Shown: positions 12,921-26,845, numbered from the stretch's first letter. The stretch is DNA of 64,000 nucleotides from Eledone cirrhosa (GCA_964016885.1 OZ024750.1:32178001-32242000); one strand, 5' to 3'. Numbers and translations are program-made. Notes: generated by a model not told the origin, from the letters alone.

Positions 12921-13258
12921 AAGGCGAATGGCTTAGTCATAATCGCGTCGGGCTTACAATCGTGAGAATATGAGTTCGATACTCCGACCAGGCTTTGCAA
13001 TGTGTTCTTGAGCAAAGAACATTATTTCCTGCTGCTCCAGTTCACTTCAGCTGTAGAAATGAGTTGCGACATCACTAATGCCAAGCTGTATCGGCTTTTG
13101 CTTTTCCTTTGGACAACATCAGTGGCATGGAGAGAGGGAGACTAGTATATATGGGTGACTGCTGGTCTTCCGCAAACAACCTTGTCCGGATAATGCCTCG
13201 GAGGGAAACTCCATGATCATTCGTGACTGAATGGGAGGGGGGGGGGCTTTACCCTTTA
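12921..13258 (+). mobile_element. tRNA-derived SINE (family B), diverged; a related decayed copy lies at about 12565-12830
   Basis: TGGCTTAGT A-box-like and GAGTTCGATAC B-box, then GTGTTCTTGAGCAAAG body; matches 18420-18680 inverted. Confidence 0.7.
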
Positions 13259-14376
13259 CTATTAAATAATAAAAAAATCTATTAAATAATTAGAATGATT
13301 AAGAGAATTTATTTTTATGGCTTTATACGTCAAAGAATAATGACAAGTCCATCATTGGTGTTCTTTGGTACTATATGTTGAAGCATCTATACTTCAAAAC
13401 TCCTGTTTTATATAGTTTAAAAATATATATATATTCTGTTGTGGGGAACACCCTTTTGGGAGTCAAGAAATGGACTCGGCGAACTATTATAAATAAGCAA
13501 CGTTGTCTTGTTAGCATTTCGGTTGAGATTCTGACGTTTTGTAGTCAGAGCTTTCGCATGAGATAAAATTATTCGTCACCCCACATCGTAGAAAATATAA
13601 CCAGTCCAAAGGGTTATAAAATATTCTGATAATATTTTTTTAAGTTATCAGAATATATATTGTAATAACTATATGAAGAAAATCATAAACAAAACTCATG
13701 AAGTAGGTAATTAGTATTTGTTATCTAATATAAAGTTTGACATTAGATAATGATTCAAGTTTAAATATTCAGGAACAAATTTACTTTATTCAGCATTTAA
13801 CACTTTGTTTAATTCATCAATTACTCCCAGATTATCTATAAAATTAAATTATGATTTATTTAAATATATATAACTTAGTGAAAAACAACTTGAAACAACA
13901 GTGAGTGTGTTTATATTGACAGCGTGACCCACCCAAATAAATTATATTTACGTCTTTCTAGTTGTAATAGAATTTTTATTAAGAAATGAAAGTGTGCAGC
14001 CTTGAAATAGTAAAAATAAAAAAGATCTTTCTGCTGTTTATTGACTTTATCTAAAGAAGGTTTAGTTGGAAACATCAATATTTATTGATTATATGCATGT
14101 AGGTGTTATAGGAAATACGATCATTGGCTATTTGCTCAATTCTAAAAATACGACCTAACATATTGAAGTTGCCAGACTATGCACAAAGATGATATAGATT
14201 ATTCGTAATGCTAGCCAATAATTTTTTTGCATAACCTATCACCGTATACATTTCCAGACTAGTGTACAATTTGTAAAATTGCTTACAAATTTTACTGACA
14301 AGAAAATGTTTTTCGTAATTAAACTCATGCATTTTAAATTAAAATATATGCATATAATACATGATGACATAATTAG

Positions 14377-14696
14377 AATTTCATGATTAATATAAACACA
14401 CAATATCAGAGAGATACACGCATTTATATATATATATCAATAGTTGTACATATGTGTGTGTATATATATATATATATATTAGAAAAGGGAAGTGAGATTC
14501 TATACAAAGCAGTGGATATATTTTCTCATATACTTTATATACTTCAGAAAAAAATGTTTTTAAAGAGAATTGTTCCTCTCATCTTTTAATAACATTATCT
14601 TTTTAATAACACTATCATTTCAATAATGTCACTTTGACGAATCAAATAAAGAAAAACAGACCCATAAATATATCTCCCATGCGTCATCTTTTCTCC

Positions 14697-14731
<35 letters not shown>

Positions 14732-14801
14732 CAACTATTGATATATACATATAAATGTGTGCATCACTCTGATAGTGTGTATGTATATTAATCATGAAAT
14801 T
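14377..14801. mobile_element. Element bounded by about 75-bp imperfect terminal inverted repeats (MITE-like or PLE-type palindrome)
   Basis: AATTTCATGATTAATATAAACACAC.. at the left end; ..GTGTGTATGTATATTAATCATGAAATT at the right end. Confidence 0.55.
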
Positions 14802-15052
14802 GTGACCAACCCAAGGACGCGCAAAGCGGATGAAGGTGGACGATATAGGCTTGTAGGGCCAGAAGGGCCAGAAAACCCCAGAAAAAGGATATCATCCTAA
14901 TCAATAGACGTGTCCGAGGAACCTGCGAAACTGGCGTCAGGTAGATCCGCACCTCGAGCTTCTCGCCGGGGAAACAATTGTAACACACAATAAATTGAGT
15001 TCAGATGCATCACTGATTTTTTGTTTTTCATTCTATATTTATATATATATAT

Positions 15053-15330
15053 TAATTTACTTTGCAAAGTTTTTGATATGAAATCGTGTGTGGAAACACA
15101 TATTGTTATATATTGGTTTGGGTTGGTTTTCGCTTCTGTATCTTTTATATCTCCATAGTTAATTATCCGGCAATCAATGTTTATCATTGATTGACTAACG
15201 GTTAAACATACAGATATAAATATATATATGTATAGTCTATCAAAGTTCTTTCGTCACACATCTGTCACATCATCAGTGGTATTATTATGTTTTCTCCCGT
15301 TGTATTGTAATGCCTACGGCATTTTTGTTT
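15053..15330 (-). mobile_element. Solo pseudo-LTR + tail related to the Naiad-like PLE, with HHR at 15238-15281
   Basis: Minus strand CTGATGA-T-GTGACA-GATG-TGTGAC-GAAA-GAAC-TT; tail TAACAATATGTGTTTCCACACACGATTTCA matches 34115-34145. Confidence 0.75.
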
Positions 15331-16067
15331 CATTTATTTATTTATTTATTTATTTATTCTTGTCTCTGTCTCTGTTTGCGCATGTGTGTGTGTGTCTGTG
15401 TACATGTTTGAGTGTATGTGTTTTTGTATTCTATCTTTGTTCACTAATATGCATTTATATGTTTGTTGTTATTGTACTTGTGTATATATTTATTCATTTA
15501 TTTATATTTACCTTAAGTCAGTATTGTTTGTTTGGGTATGGCTGTTGCTGTTATACTTGTGTGTATACATATATAAATGGGGGAAGAAGAAGAAGAAGAA
15601 GAAGAAGAAGAAGAATGATCTACATATACAAAAAAAAATATTGATATAACCTCCATAGTTTCAGTTGAAAGGAAGTGTAGCTACGGTATTTTGTTGTGTA
15701 TTTCAATATATTTTACATGAATTACATGAGTAATTTATTCCATGAGAGAAAATAGGCAAAGATTGTGTCATTATTGAAGCAAGGAAAGAGTAGTATTAAT
15801 CGGGACTTCTCTTTCGATTAGGAAAGCTACTCATTATGAGTAATTTTATATATCTTTCATTCCATCACTTTTATGTAGAGATCAACAGGCACGAAAGCTA
15901 GAACTAAATAAATAAAATACAATGAAATAAAAATATTGAATAAACTAAAGCAGCTAAATGAAATAAAGTGGCAGTCGTAACGGCGACACAGAATGATTAT
16001 TTGTAATTAAATATTGTTATTTTCTTTAATTTTTTCTCTGAATCCATTCCCATTTGTATGCTTTAAA

Positions 16068-16377
16068 ATATGCATCTAGCTTAGAAAAGAATGAAAATAT
16101 AGTTGGAAGATTGTAGGAGACAAACATAGTCGGTCACTCCTGCAGGAGTAGTAAGAGCGTTGAGCATTTTACATTTAATGGGGCCCATACCGCTTCAAGC
16201 TCATTTCATCTCAAATGACTAAAGTAAAAGAAATATGTATCTAATTTAGAAAAGAATGAAAATGTAGTTGGAAGTGTGTAGGAGACAAACAGTCGTTCAC
16301 TCCTGATGGTGTTTTACATTTAATGGAGCCTGTTCCGCCCCAGGCTATTTCATCTCATATAACTAAAGTAAAAGAAA
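16068..16377. repeat. Diverged tandem duplication, about 150-165 bp x2
   Basis: ATATG.ATCTA..TTAGAAAAGAATGAAAAT...ACTAAAGTAAAAGAAA occurs twice head-to-tail. Confidence 0.8.
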
Positions 16378-18419
16378 CAAAATATAGTTTATTGACCAAT
16401 ATTTTCGCTATACTATCTAAGCTAGTCTATTATAATTGTTTGTTGATATGTTTTCGGCGTGTTATTTTATTATGTGTTACGTCTATTATTTTTTTGGAGA
16501 CGGCATTGGTAAATTTGAATCCTTCAGGGCAAAAGGGTTGTAGAAATGTTAGTAGAATATTGGAAATACCAATTAACCAAAGATGTGTTTTAATTTTTTT
16601 TTTCCTAATTTGACTCCAAATTAAATCACCTCAATACTAGGATAGGTTTCCATATACGCTTCAACTATTTTCATTCATAAGTTCTTGACAATTTTTCATT
16701 GTAAAAGAATATTAATTGGCTGATCATAGCCTAAGGAAATATTGTGTTATTAAGAAAATTGGGTTTTTAATATGCCGCTGTAACACTGTAACACTTTGGG
16801 TCTCGATTGATTATGAATTACAAATTTCTGTGTCCTGCAACTAGAAATACGTGTGTATTCAAGTGGCAATAAATCAACTGAGCTAAATTTCAAATGTTTA
16901 GATTTTGATATTCCTTTTATTACGGATGTAATTTTCCTTGTTTGATATATTTATTTATTTGTATTCTGGTTCTCTGTATGAAATCTGTTAATCCACACTT
17001 CATTATGTGTTCCTCGTACAGAATGCATCCTAGGAAATGTTACCATCGTATCATGTTATGCGTATTTATCATGTTATATGTATTTTCCACTTGGATTCTC
17101 TCTATTTTCTCAGTCAGTCTACGATAGGGTAAGTGATGGAAAGACAATGTGTCTCCGAAAAGTTATAATAAGGGAGTATTATATCCGAGATTCGCACCTT
17201 ATTTCACAAATATCAATTTCATTCATCACTGCCTGTTGCATTTAAATTTAAACGATTTGCTTCTCGAATTTATCTTCGATATTCATATATTCCTGCAAAT
17301 AATTATCATTACCGCCAAAGATGTTTGTCTTTTCATTACGAGAGTAATTTACCTCATCAAATATTTTAGTGTTCGCTACAATAGTTATGTCAGCTACCAC
17401 GTAAATGATTTGATATAAGAATTGTTTTTTGTTTCTTGATACGTTAGTATCTACAATAAAATGTTTGTAAGAAAGTTGTTGGACATCTCGGAAATATTGC
17501 TAATTCCAATAGAGAGATGGAGTTTCAGAATTGGTAGAGCATAGAATAAAATGCCATTACAATATTTGCCCACCGGTTAACATTCTAAGATCTAACCTAA
17601 CCAAACTGAACGACAGATAGAATGTGTCTTGTTCCAAGAATGACAGAACCTGTTTCTTTGTTTAATTGCTGCTATCTTATGAAACCTTCATAAGCAACAG
17701 TGTATCTTCGTTATACAAATTACAATCAACAATAAGTTTCTAATAAAGATTATCGTACCAAATCCATGAAACCCTAATTAACTTATCAAGAAAGGATGGA
17801 GGATGAAATAGAATCTCAAATCCATGAAACCCTAATTAATTTATAAGGAATCCTTTATAAAGGATTGGAGAAGAATCAGAATCTTCAATAATCTGATTAG
17901 TTATCAGTGTCACTACTAACAAGAATTTGAAGTGGGTAATGCCAATGTGTGATTAAAGAAACTCTAATATAATTAAGTATATTTCTACCATTGTGTTACT
18001 AGTTGTTAATTATAAGAAGCTACAGTAATAAATTGTAAAGTAAACCAATGTAATTTGAGAATTGGAAGTGTCTGTTGTACAATAAAACTGTTGAATACGA
18101 ATTGATCACATGTTCTTCAAGTGAAACATTGGATGTAAATATAAAGATAACAACCAGTGACTCTGATAAAAAGTACTTCTACTTCGCTTATGATTGTTTA
18201 ATATCTAGCTCATTATCTCTTACATTGACATGAAGTATCACCGTAAAATGAGGATATATGTGAAGGTTTCAAACACTCATTCGTAGAATTTACTTCTCAG
18301 ATACATTTCACAAATTAGTTGAAGCGTTTCAGATTACATTACATCTGGCAGCAAAGTCGTGTTTGGTTGATATTCGTAGTCTCACTTCGGTCACGAATGA
18401 ACACATCAAAAGTCCCCTC

Positions 18420-18680
18420 CGAGGCACAAGTCCGGGCAAGTTTGTTTGTATCAGACCAGCAGTTGCCTGTGCATGCCAGTCTCCCACCTCCACACCACCA
18501 ATGTTGCCCATGGGAAATGCAATGGCCGATAAAGCTTGGCACCACTGGCATCAGCACTAATTTTGACAGCCGTGTGAAATGGAGCAACGTCAACTAAAGT
18601 ATTTTGCTCAAGAACACAACACACCGCCCGGTCCTGGATTCGAACTCACATCCTTACGTTTGGGAGCTCAACGCTCTTTG
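18420..18680 (-). mobile_element. SINE family B
   Basis: Minus strand GAGTTCGAATCC B-box and GTGTTCTTGAGCAA body. Confidence 0.7.
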
Positions 18681-18699
18681 TTATAGTCAGACTACGGAC

Positions 18700-19232
18700 C
18701 CTAACCTTTGCTTTCACAGCAAACTTCATATTTACATGAACTAGACGATGATCAGTCTAGCATTCAGTCCCCCACATAACCCTGACACTGCACACATCAA
18801 GAACACCACACGTTCAAACAAGAACATAATCAATCATGTGCCACTGCTTTGAGCCTGGGTGCATCCAGGTTTTGAATTTATCTTTGCTGAAATAGGGTGT
18901 TTGCTATGTACAGATCCAATTCCTGATACATTTGTAGCAGCAGCAGCAAACCGCTGCTATTGAACCTTCCAACTCAATATTTTCCTAGCACATCCCAGGT
19001 TTCATAATCCTTGCCAATTCTAGTATTGAAGTCACCCAAAATGACAACTTTGTCAGCCTTAGGAATCATGCCGATTAGTTCCTTCAGTGAAAGATAGAAA
19101 AGGAGTTTTACGTCCTCAGAACTCATGGCTGGAGCATATATACTCACTTGAATGACAAACCTGTTCTTTGATAATGGAATTCCTATTGATATAAGGGGAT
19201 CAGTTAATCCACATGGAAGAGCTCGTCCAGTT
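18700..19232 (-). pseudogene. Degenerate RTE-clade LINE AP-endonuclease fragment
   Basis: Minus-strand translation SIYAPAMSSEDVK..IPKADKVVILGDFNTRIGKD..IANTLFQQ..TDHRLV, with stops and frameshifts. Confidence 0.8.
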
Positions 19233-19235
19233 TAG

Positions 19236-19268
<33 letters not shown>

Positions 19269-19336
19269 AAGTTAGAACACTGGAAGCTAATATCCGTAGT
19301 AGTAGAGCAGTCAGACCATGGGACGAATTTGGTTGA

Positions 19337-19656
19337 AGTAGTTACACAACAGTTAGTTCACCATACCGAGAACAACTATTTCACCTTCATTTGCATAATG
19401 TGAAACGATTGTTCTGGGTATGGTGAACTAACTGTTGTGTTACTACTTATATATATAACTGCTGACAACATCAACATATTCCTAACAAGCTGATATGTCC
19501 CAAGGCTCTGATACCATCAACACTATACACACAGAGCTGGCATATCTAAGAACTGACTAACTGCCTGATGAGGTCATAGCCATTCGATGGCTATCATCAA
19601 AATATATATAGCAGTAAATAAAGGATTATGAGTTCATGCAATTGACTTATGTTTCG

Positions 19657-19660
<4 letters not shown>
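19337..19660 (+). mobile_element. Two adjacent PLE-type remnants: short palindrome 19337-19448 and decayed HHR 19560-19615
   Basis: Palindrome arm matches 50255-50303; ACTGC-CTGATGA-GGTCATAGCCAT..ATGGCTATCATC-AAAA(for GAAA)-TATATA-TA-GCAGT. Confidence 0.65.
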
Positions 19661-19703
<43 letters not shown>

Positions 19704-19951
19704 ATAATAATAATTTGAAGACTAAAATCCAAAGTGGGTAATGCCAATGTGTGATTAAAGAAACTCTAATATAATTAAGTATATTTCTACCATTGTGTTA
19801 CTAGTCGTTAAATATAAGAAGCTACAGTAATAAATTGTAAAGTAAACCAATGTAATTTGATTATTGGAAGTGTCTGTTGTACAATAAAACATATATATAT
19901 ATATATGTGTATATATATATAATTATATACATTTACATAAATAACCCCCCC

Positions 19952-19987
<36 letters not shown>

Positions 19988-20699
19988 AGGCAGAAAGAGA
20001 GAGATACGTTCATGTCGTTCATGTGATTTCACCCCCTTACTCAAATGAATATGTAACAGCTATTCTGTCTCTTATTTCTACAAGCAAACCTAGAAACACA
20101 CAAGATTTCGTCTGAATTAGTTGAGTGCTTATACGAATATGGATGTATATCGTTCGGCTTTATATATATATAACAACAATAGCAACAAAACAGAAAGACC
20201 GGATACTCTTCCAGGGAATAATCCTGTGATTTTCTTGGATTTTTATGGAATTGGACAGCTATTCCCCTGTTATAAGATATACGTAAATATTATATGCATG
20301 TGATATTCAATAATAAATATATGGTGCGATATTTTTATTCAGACAATGCAATGGAGGGAGGTATGGACATCCATCGTCGGTTGGATGCCTGTAGCATAAT
20401 TCTCAGGGAGATTCAGCGTGACACACAATGGGACAATATTTTCGATGGGCTTCTCACAGTTTTCATTTTTATAATTTCACCCATAGGGCATGGGTGTAGT
20501 AATGGACATCTGTTTAACATGCCAGCCAATAGGATCGGTCCGAAGACCAAATATATGCGAGGTGAACATCTATACTGAAAGACGGGGTCATACTAAAAGA
20601 AAGGCATAAAACCATTAATAGAGTAACTTTTATATGACTAGAAGGAAATAAACAGAAATATGTATTGGCTATATGTAGACTCTGAAGGTACGTAGATTT

Positions 20700-21011
20700 G
20701 TGGTTAGGGTATTCGTCTCAGGCTTGACCGTAAGGTCGTGAGTTCGATTCTCGGTGGCGAGTTGTGTTTTGAGCAAGACAGTTTATTTAACGTTGTTCCA
20801 CTCCAATCACCTGTCACAGGTGAGAAGTATTTGTAATTTGAAGGGCCAATGTTGTCGGATTCTTTGCCACGCTGAATCTCCCTTAGAACTACGTTAAAGG
20901 CACGCATATCTGTGGAATACTCCACCACTTGCACGTTAATTTCATGAGCAGGCTGTTCCGTTAATCGTATCAACTGGAACAATCATCGTCATTATTGACG
21001 GAGTGCCAGTA
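20700..21011 (+). mobile_element. tRNA-derived SINE (family B-like); a related inverted fragment lies at about 20305-20470
   Basis: TGGTTAGGG..GAGTTCGATTC boxes; GTGTTTTGAGCAAGACA body; CACGCTGAATCTCCC shared inverted with about 20405-20420. Confidence 0.7.
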
Positions 21012-21949
21012 TACATAGAATACTTTAACTTATCTACTTCTAATTGCCATGCTGATATGCCTTATACGTAAATGATGGCTGGATATCATAATATCTCTAA
21101 ATAACTGACCAATAAGCCACATCTGCTTATAATATGGGAACCTCTATTTCTGTCTACTTATAATATGTGACAAACCTGATCACCTTAATAGGTTATAAAA
21201 TATACGATGTATTGTGAAAGAGAACATTTATGGCGACAAACTCTGGTTGAAGTTATTGTGTTTTTGAGAAACTTGAAATGAAAAGATGCCAAACGATAGT
21301 ACATAAAAATCTTATTATTAAGAAAAATCTTGACATCTATATAATACATCGAGAAGAAACATGACAGTTCTGTATGATTTAATATATATAGTGTTATATT
21401 TCAACGTAAAGAACAGTATCTTCTCACAAAGACCTTTATTAAGATTGCTTAGAATTCATCTATCTATCTATATATCTATCTAGTTATCTAGCTATCAATC
21501 TCGTAAGAAAGTGTTTTTTCATTATAAACGTTGACCAATTCTTTTGTTAAAAACGTTACGGGTCATTAATACTTTCTTTAAAGTACAATTTCGAAAAGAT
21601 CACTCCAAGAAATCTGTCAGATTCTATCAACACTAAAGTTCTAATGATTAGTGCCTATAGCAGTTAGTATACAAATGATATTGTAATTTCTGAACAATAT
21701 TAACATATATACTATTTAATGGTGATGAACGAGATTTAAGTAGGGGCAGAGGATACCGACAAGATGTTGGTAAAAGGGTTTGCAGAGTTAGGGAGTATCT
21801 ACTAAATATTGAAGATATCTTACCACGTGTATAGTCTATTGCTTTACAATATATAATCTTATTTAATGAGAGGCATTTCCATTGAAGGCCAACTATTTTA
21901 TGAGAGAGCAAAGCCGATTAAATCTTCACCAGTGCATGACTGGTTCTTA

Positions 21950-22334
21950 CCGTATTTCCCGACGTCGAAGACATTACTTTTTTTCCTAAAATAGATCTCA
22001 AAAATCTACCATGCGTCCTGGAGGCTGAAGGGTGTTTATTATTTTCTTTCAAAGGGCGGTGGATTGGCAGTATCGGTAGAGGGTCGGACGCCATGCTTTC
22101 CAGCATAGTTACGTCCCTTTACGATCTGAGTTCAAATCCCGCCGAGGTTGACTTTGCCTTTCATCCTTACGGGGTTGATAAAATAAAGTACCAGTAATGC
22201 ACTGACTGGATAATTGCTGGCCTTGTGCCTAAAGTAGAAACAATTATTTTCTTTCAAATGTGTGTGTGTGTGTGTTGGGGCAAAATTAGGGTGCGTGCCC
22301 GCGGACGAAGCGTCCTCAGCCCCGGAAAATACGG
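21950..22334. mobile_element. pogo/Tigger-like (Tc1/mariner superfamily) MITE with a nested SINE
   Basis: TA-CCGTATTTCCC ... GGAAAATACGG-TA: terminal inverted repeats with TA duplication. Confidence 0.75.
22053..22247 (+). mobile_element. SINE family A nested in MITE
   Basis: Full-length family match; TSD TTATTTTCTTTCAAA. Confidence 0.9.
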
Positions 22335-22591
22335 TAATTTGATATACCCCATAAGGATGAAAGGCAAGATTTGAACTTAGACCTTAAAGGGACATAACTA
22401 TATGTATATTGTCCCCAAAATTATATGATTGTTTCTGATTTAGATTTAGACACATAGTTAACAATTGTTGGGGCACGGGAGAGTCGATTAAATCTTTACC
22501 AGTGCGTTACTGGTACTTTATTTTATCTTCTCTGTAAAGGGCCGTAACTACATGCCGTAAAGCATATGCCGTCCTTTAGGATTAGTTATAT

Positions 22592-23004
22592 AATAATTGT
22601 TTCTACTTTTGGCACAAGGCCACCCAGTGTATTACTGGAACTTTATTTTATCGACCCCGTAAAGATGAAAGGCAAAGTTAACCTCCGCAGGATTTGAACT
22701 CAGATCATAAATGGACGTAACTCTATGCTTCAAAGCATGGTGTCCGACTCTCTACCGATACTGCCAATCCACCGCCTATATAATAATAGTTATATATAAT
22801 ATATAGTTATATAATAATTGTTTCTATTTTAGGCACAAGGCCAGCAATTACCCAGTACATTACTGGTACTTTATTTTATCGACCCCGTAAGGATGAAAGG
22901 CAAAGTTAACCTCGGCAGGATTTGAATTCAGACCATAAAGGGACGTAACTATGCTTCAAAGCATGGTGTCCGACTCTCTACCAATACTGCCATTCCACCG
23001 CCCT
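22592..23004 (-). mobile_element. Two tandem SINE family A copies (22592-22777, 22813-23004)
   Basis: Reverse-complement family match; TAGTTATATAATAAT recurs at the boundaries. Confidence 0.85.
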
Positions 23005-23373
23005 AGTTATATAATAATATCAGATAGTAGGATAGAATATTTAGCTGCTATTTTCAATGTTTTCCTCAAGATTCCCACTTTTCCCCACCATTATACATAT
23101 CTTTGCTACCATATTGGTTGAATTTCATATGACAAAGATTTTGTGGCTATTATGAGTATGACGAATGCCCACATAAACGATTTCTAGCTATTACTGTTTT
23201 AATGCTTTTATCTCGCTATAAACTTTGAACCGAATTGTATTTCGTTAGGATAGTATTACCTGGCCTCATTTTCTCTATTTCCAAATTATATAGCAGATAT
23301 ATTGACGTTTTTCTTTCGTTTTCAAAGAATGAAATTGTCATAATCAAATATGGCCTTTCGACAGCGCTTAATC

Positions 23374-23430
<57 letters not shown>

Positions 23431-23431
<1 letters not shown>

Positions 23432-23745
23432 GGAGAGGGTCATATTTGTGTAATAATATTGCCAGAATTAATAACAGAACACACACACTGTTTGGTTGGT
23501 TTCGCTTCTGTGTCTTTTATATCGGTTAATTTAATTTATGCGGCCCTCAATGTTAATATTGACTGACCAACGGTCAAAAAGACAGATTCAATATAGACAC
23601 AAACACATATAGTCTAACAAAGTTCTTTCGTTGCACATCTGCAACATCATCAGTGGTGCTATTATGTTTTCTTCTGTTGTATTGTATGCCTACGCCATCT
23701 TTATTTAGTCTGTTTATTTATTAAAAACCTCGCAAAACTAAACAT
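23431..23745 (-). mobile_element. Solo pseudo-LTR related to the Naiad-like PLE, with HHR at 23616-23657
   Basis: Minus strand CTGATGA-T-GTTGCA-GATG-TGCAAC-GAAA-GAAC-TT; ends ATGACCCTCTCC next to (TA)n; alignable to 15110-15330. Confidence 0.75.
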
Positions 23746-23965
23746 ACATGTGTGTGCGTGTGCGTGCGCGTGCGCGTGTGCGTGTGTGTGCGCGCTTGTG
23801 TGTGCGCGCTTGTGTGTGTATGTATTAATATATATATATATATATATGTATTTATATATAACTGAAGTTCAATTAAATTTCTAAATTTGAAATCTTCCAA
23901 GCCTTGAAATGACATGATACGAATAAAATATTTTCTGGGCACTCAACATTACGTTCGTTATATAC

Positions 23966-23998
<33 letters not shown>

Positions 23999-24064
23999 AT
24001 ATATATATACTACCATGACTGAATCTTAACCATCTACTATGTCAAGGTATGTAATGCATCATCT

Positions 24065-24131
24065 TATTTTATCTGATGAGGACGTACTGTTGAAGATAGC
24101 TCAGTACCTCTGAAATATGTATAATAAAATA
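24065..24131 (+). ncRNA. Type I hammerhead ribozyme motif between two (TA)n tracts
   Basis: TATTTTAT-CTGATGA-GGA.GTACTG..CAGTAC.TCT-GAAA-TATGTA-TA-ATAAAATA; decayed relative on minus strand at about 5930-5980. Confidence 0.8.
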
Positions 24132-24213
24132 TACTTGATCACACGAATGTCTATTTTTGTTAATATTTTGAATTAGTATATATATATATATATATATATA
24201 TATAACCCTTAAT

Positions 24214-24254
<41 letters not shown>

Positions 24255-24262
24255 CCCTTAAT

Positions 24263-24298
<36 letters not shown>

Positions 24299-24504
24299 CA
24301 TTAATCTTATATATATATATATAATCATTAATCTTATATATATATATATATTACAAATTGTAGATTTAGTCCAGAAATAGCCGTCGAATCGGCTTGAGCT
24401 CTGCCGTCGGGGGTCATACTTTTTCCTATTCCCCACTCTACTTCCCTAAATATTGAGTACTCTGGTGCGTTATGGTCCATTTGGTTACTTACCACAATTC
24501 CTTT

Positions 24505-24550
<46 letters not shown>

Positions 24551-24894
24551 GAATGTACGTATAGTATATTTGATAATATACCGTATGTTTATTTTAAAAC
24601 ATTTTCAAGACCATTCGCTATGAGTTCTACAGTAGTGACTACGTCACTTACTTGGTCTCGACAAAAGCAAAGCTAAACAATCGACGGCCATTACTCGCTC
24701 GTTAGCGGTTGTGAAGATATACCTTCGCTTTTGTCGAAAGTTACAAAAGCTGGATTGTTTTAGAATTCGAGTGATGTTTAAGAGCTGATTAAATTGTCTT
24801 AACGAGTCCGGGTCGATCCTTTGACTGCATTAAATTATAGGGAATTAATGTGAGTCTTTGACTTGTTTCTTTTTCAAATTTGATATGTATATGT

Positions 24895-24949
<55 letters not shown>

Positions 24950-25161
24950 CATATATAGATACTTCATTATTAATTTGTTTTGCAATGTTGCTTATCTGAA
25001 AACATGTGTTGAAACAGATATTGTTATTCTTTCTTCACAACACATAACAAACAAAAACAGATAGTGTAGGACGAAACAAAAACCAAATTACTGAGGAGGT
25101 CACAGAATGTGTGACGTAAAAACTTTGTCAATATGTATATATATTTATATATATATATATT

Positions 25162-25214
<53 letters not shown>

Positions 25215-25281
25215 TTCAAAAGTAACCAATCTCAAAGAGAGTAGTGAAACAATTGTAAACGGGCATTATTATTATTAATAA

Positions 25282-25472
25282 AGGCGGTGGATTGGCAGTA
25301 TCGGTAGAGGGTCGGACGCCATGCTTTCCAGCATAGTTACGTCCCTTTACGATCTGAGTTCAAATCCCGCCGAGGTTGACATTGCCTTTCATCCTTACGG
25401 GGTCGATAAAATGAAGTACCAGTAATGCACTGGGTAATTGCTGGCCTTGTGCCTAAAGTAGAAACAATTATT
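25282..25472 (+). mobile_element. SINE family A
   Basis: Full-length family match in an (ATT)n context. Confidence 0.9.
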
Positions 25473-25844
25473 ATTAATATTATTATTATTATTATTATTC
25501 TCTACATTCCTTACATCAAACTAAATATGTTCACAATCTTTTAATAATGTATTCCTTGTGAAATTTGTGGTCTTGTTTTGCTTAACTAATGAATAATATA
25601 TATATATATATATATATATGTCCCCCACCTACCCCCCACTCTCCTGAGCGTGAAATTAATAAACATTTATTGTACTGCCTCTCTGTTTTGTCCCTGTTCA
25701 AATTTTTCCATTATATATATATATATATATATATATACACTGTACATATAGTTGTCTAATATTTAGTGTGGGAGCGCCCGTATACCTCGCAGGGCTTTCC
25801 TGACAGCGATAGACTTCATGCACACTGAAACTCATAAACAAAAT

Positions 25845-25906
<62 letters not shown>

Positions 25907-26176
25907 ACCAATTACACTTACGTGTCGGCATATAAGTACACTTCAGGAAACAAGTATTTTGTTTACTCTCTTCGTATGACACTCAACATGTTTATGGCAC
26001 TATACACAAACGTGATATACGTATATATATATATATATATATGATGGCTGGCCCCTTGTTATCGTGTATTGCCATTGCATGATATACCATTACTAATAAT
26101 TATTAATTAATTCTATCGGGCAATGCCTGTGCGTGAAGATATTTTTGAGGAAAGACTATGCACCGAAGTAATCTAG

Positions 26177-26230
<54 letters not shown>

Positions 26231-26251
26231 CTATCTCTATCTCTCACTCTA

Positions 26252-26300
<49 letters not shown>

Positions 26301-26583
26301 CACTAATAACAATATATTTACCGGCACATATACAAATAGACAGTCCAGTACACAGACGTACAAATTTATATATTATGCCAAATTATCCATATATTTTTAG
26401 CTCCAATTACTCGTAGAATATTTCAACCATGCTCTCCGTTTTTACCCCCAAAAGCACGCGCATTAAAAAAAAAACACTACATACACATACAAGAATGCGT
26501 AAATATATATATATATATATATATATAGAAAAACAAAACACACACTTAATTGTGTCCACATCTGTCCCTCTCTCTCTCTCTCT

Positions 26584-26636
<53 letters not shown>

Positions 26637-26638
<2 letters not shown>

Positions 26639-26777
26639 CGGAAGAAATGTGGTAAGGAACCAGGTGGACCATAACGCAACAAAGTACTCAATACTTAGGG
26701 TAGTAGAGTGGGTAATAGGAACGAGTAGGACCCCGACGGCTTAGCTCAAGCCGTTTCGACGTCCAGAATTAGCCGTT

Positions 26778-26845
<68 letters not shown>

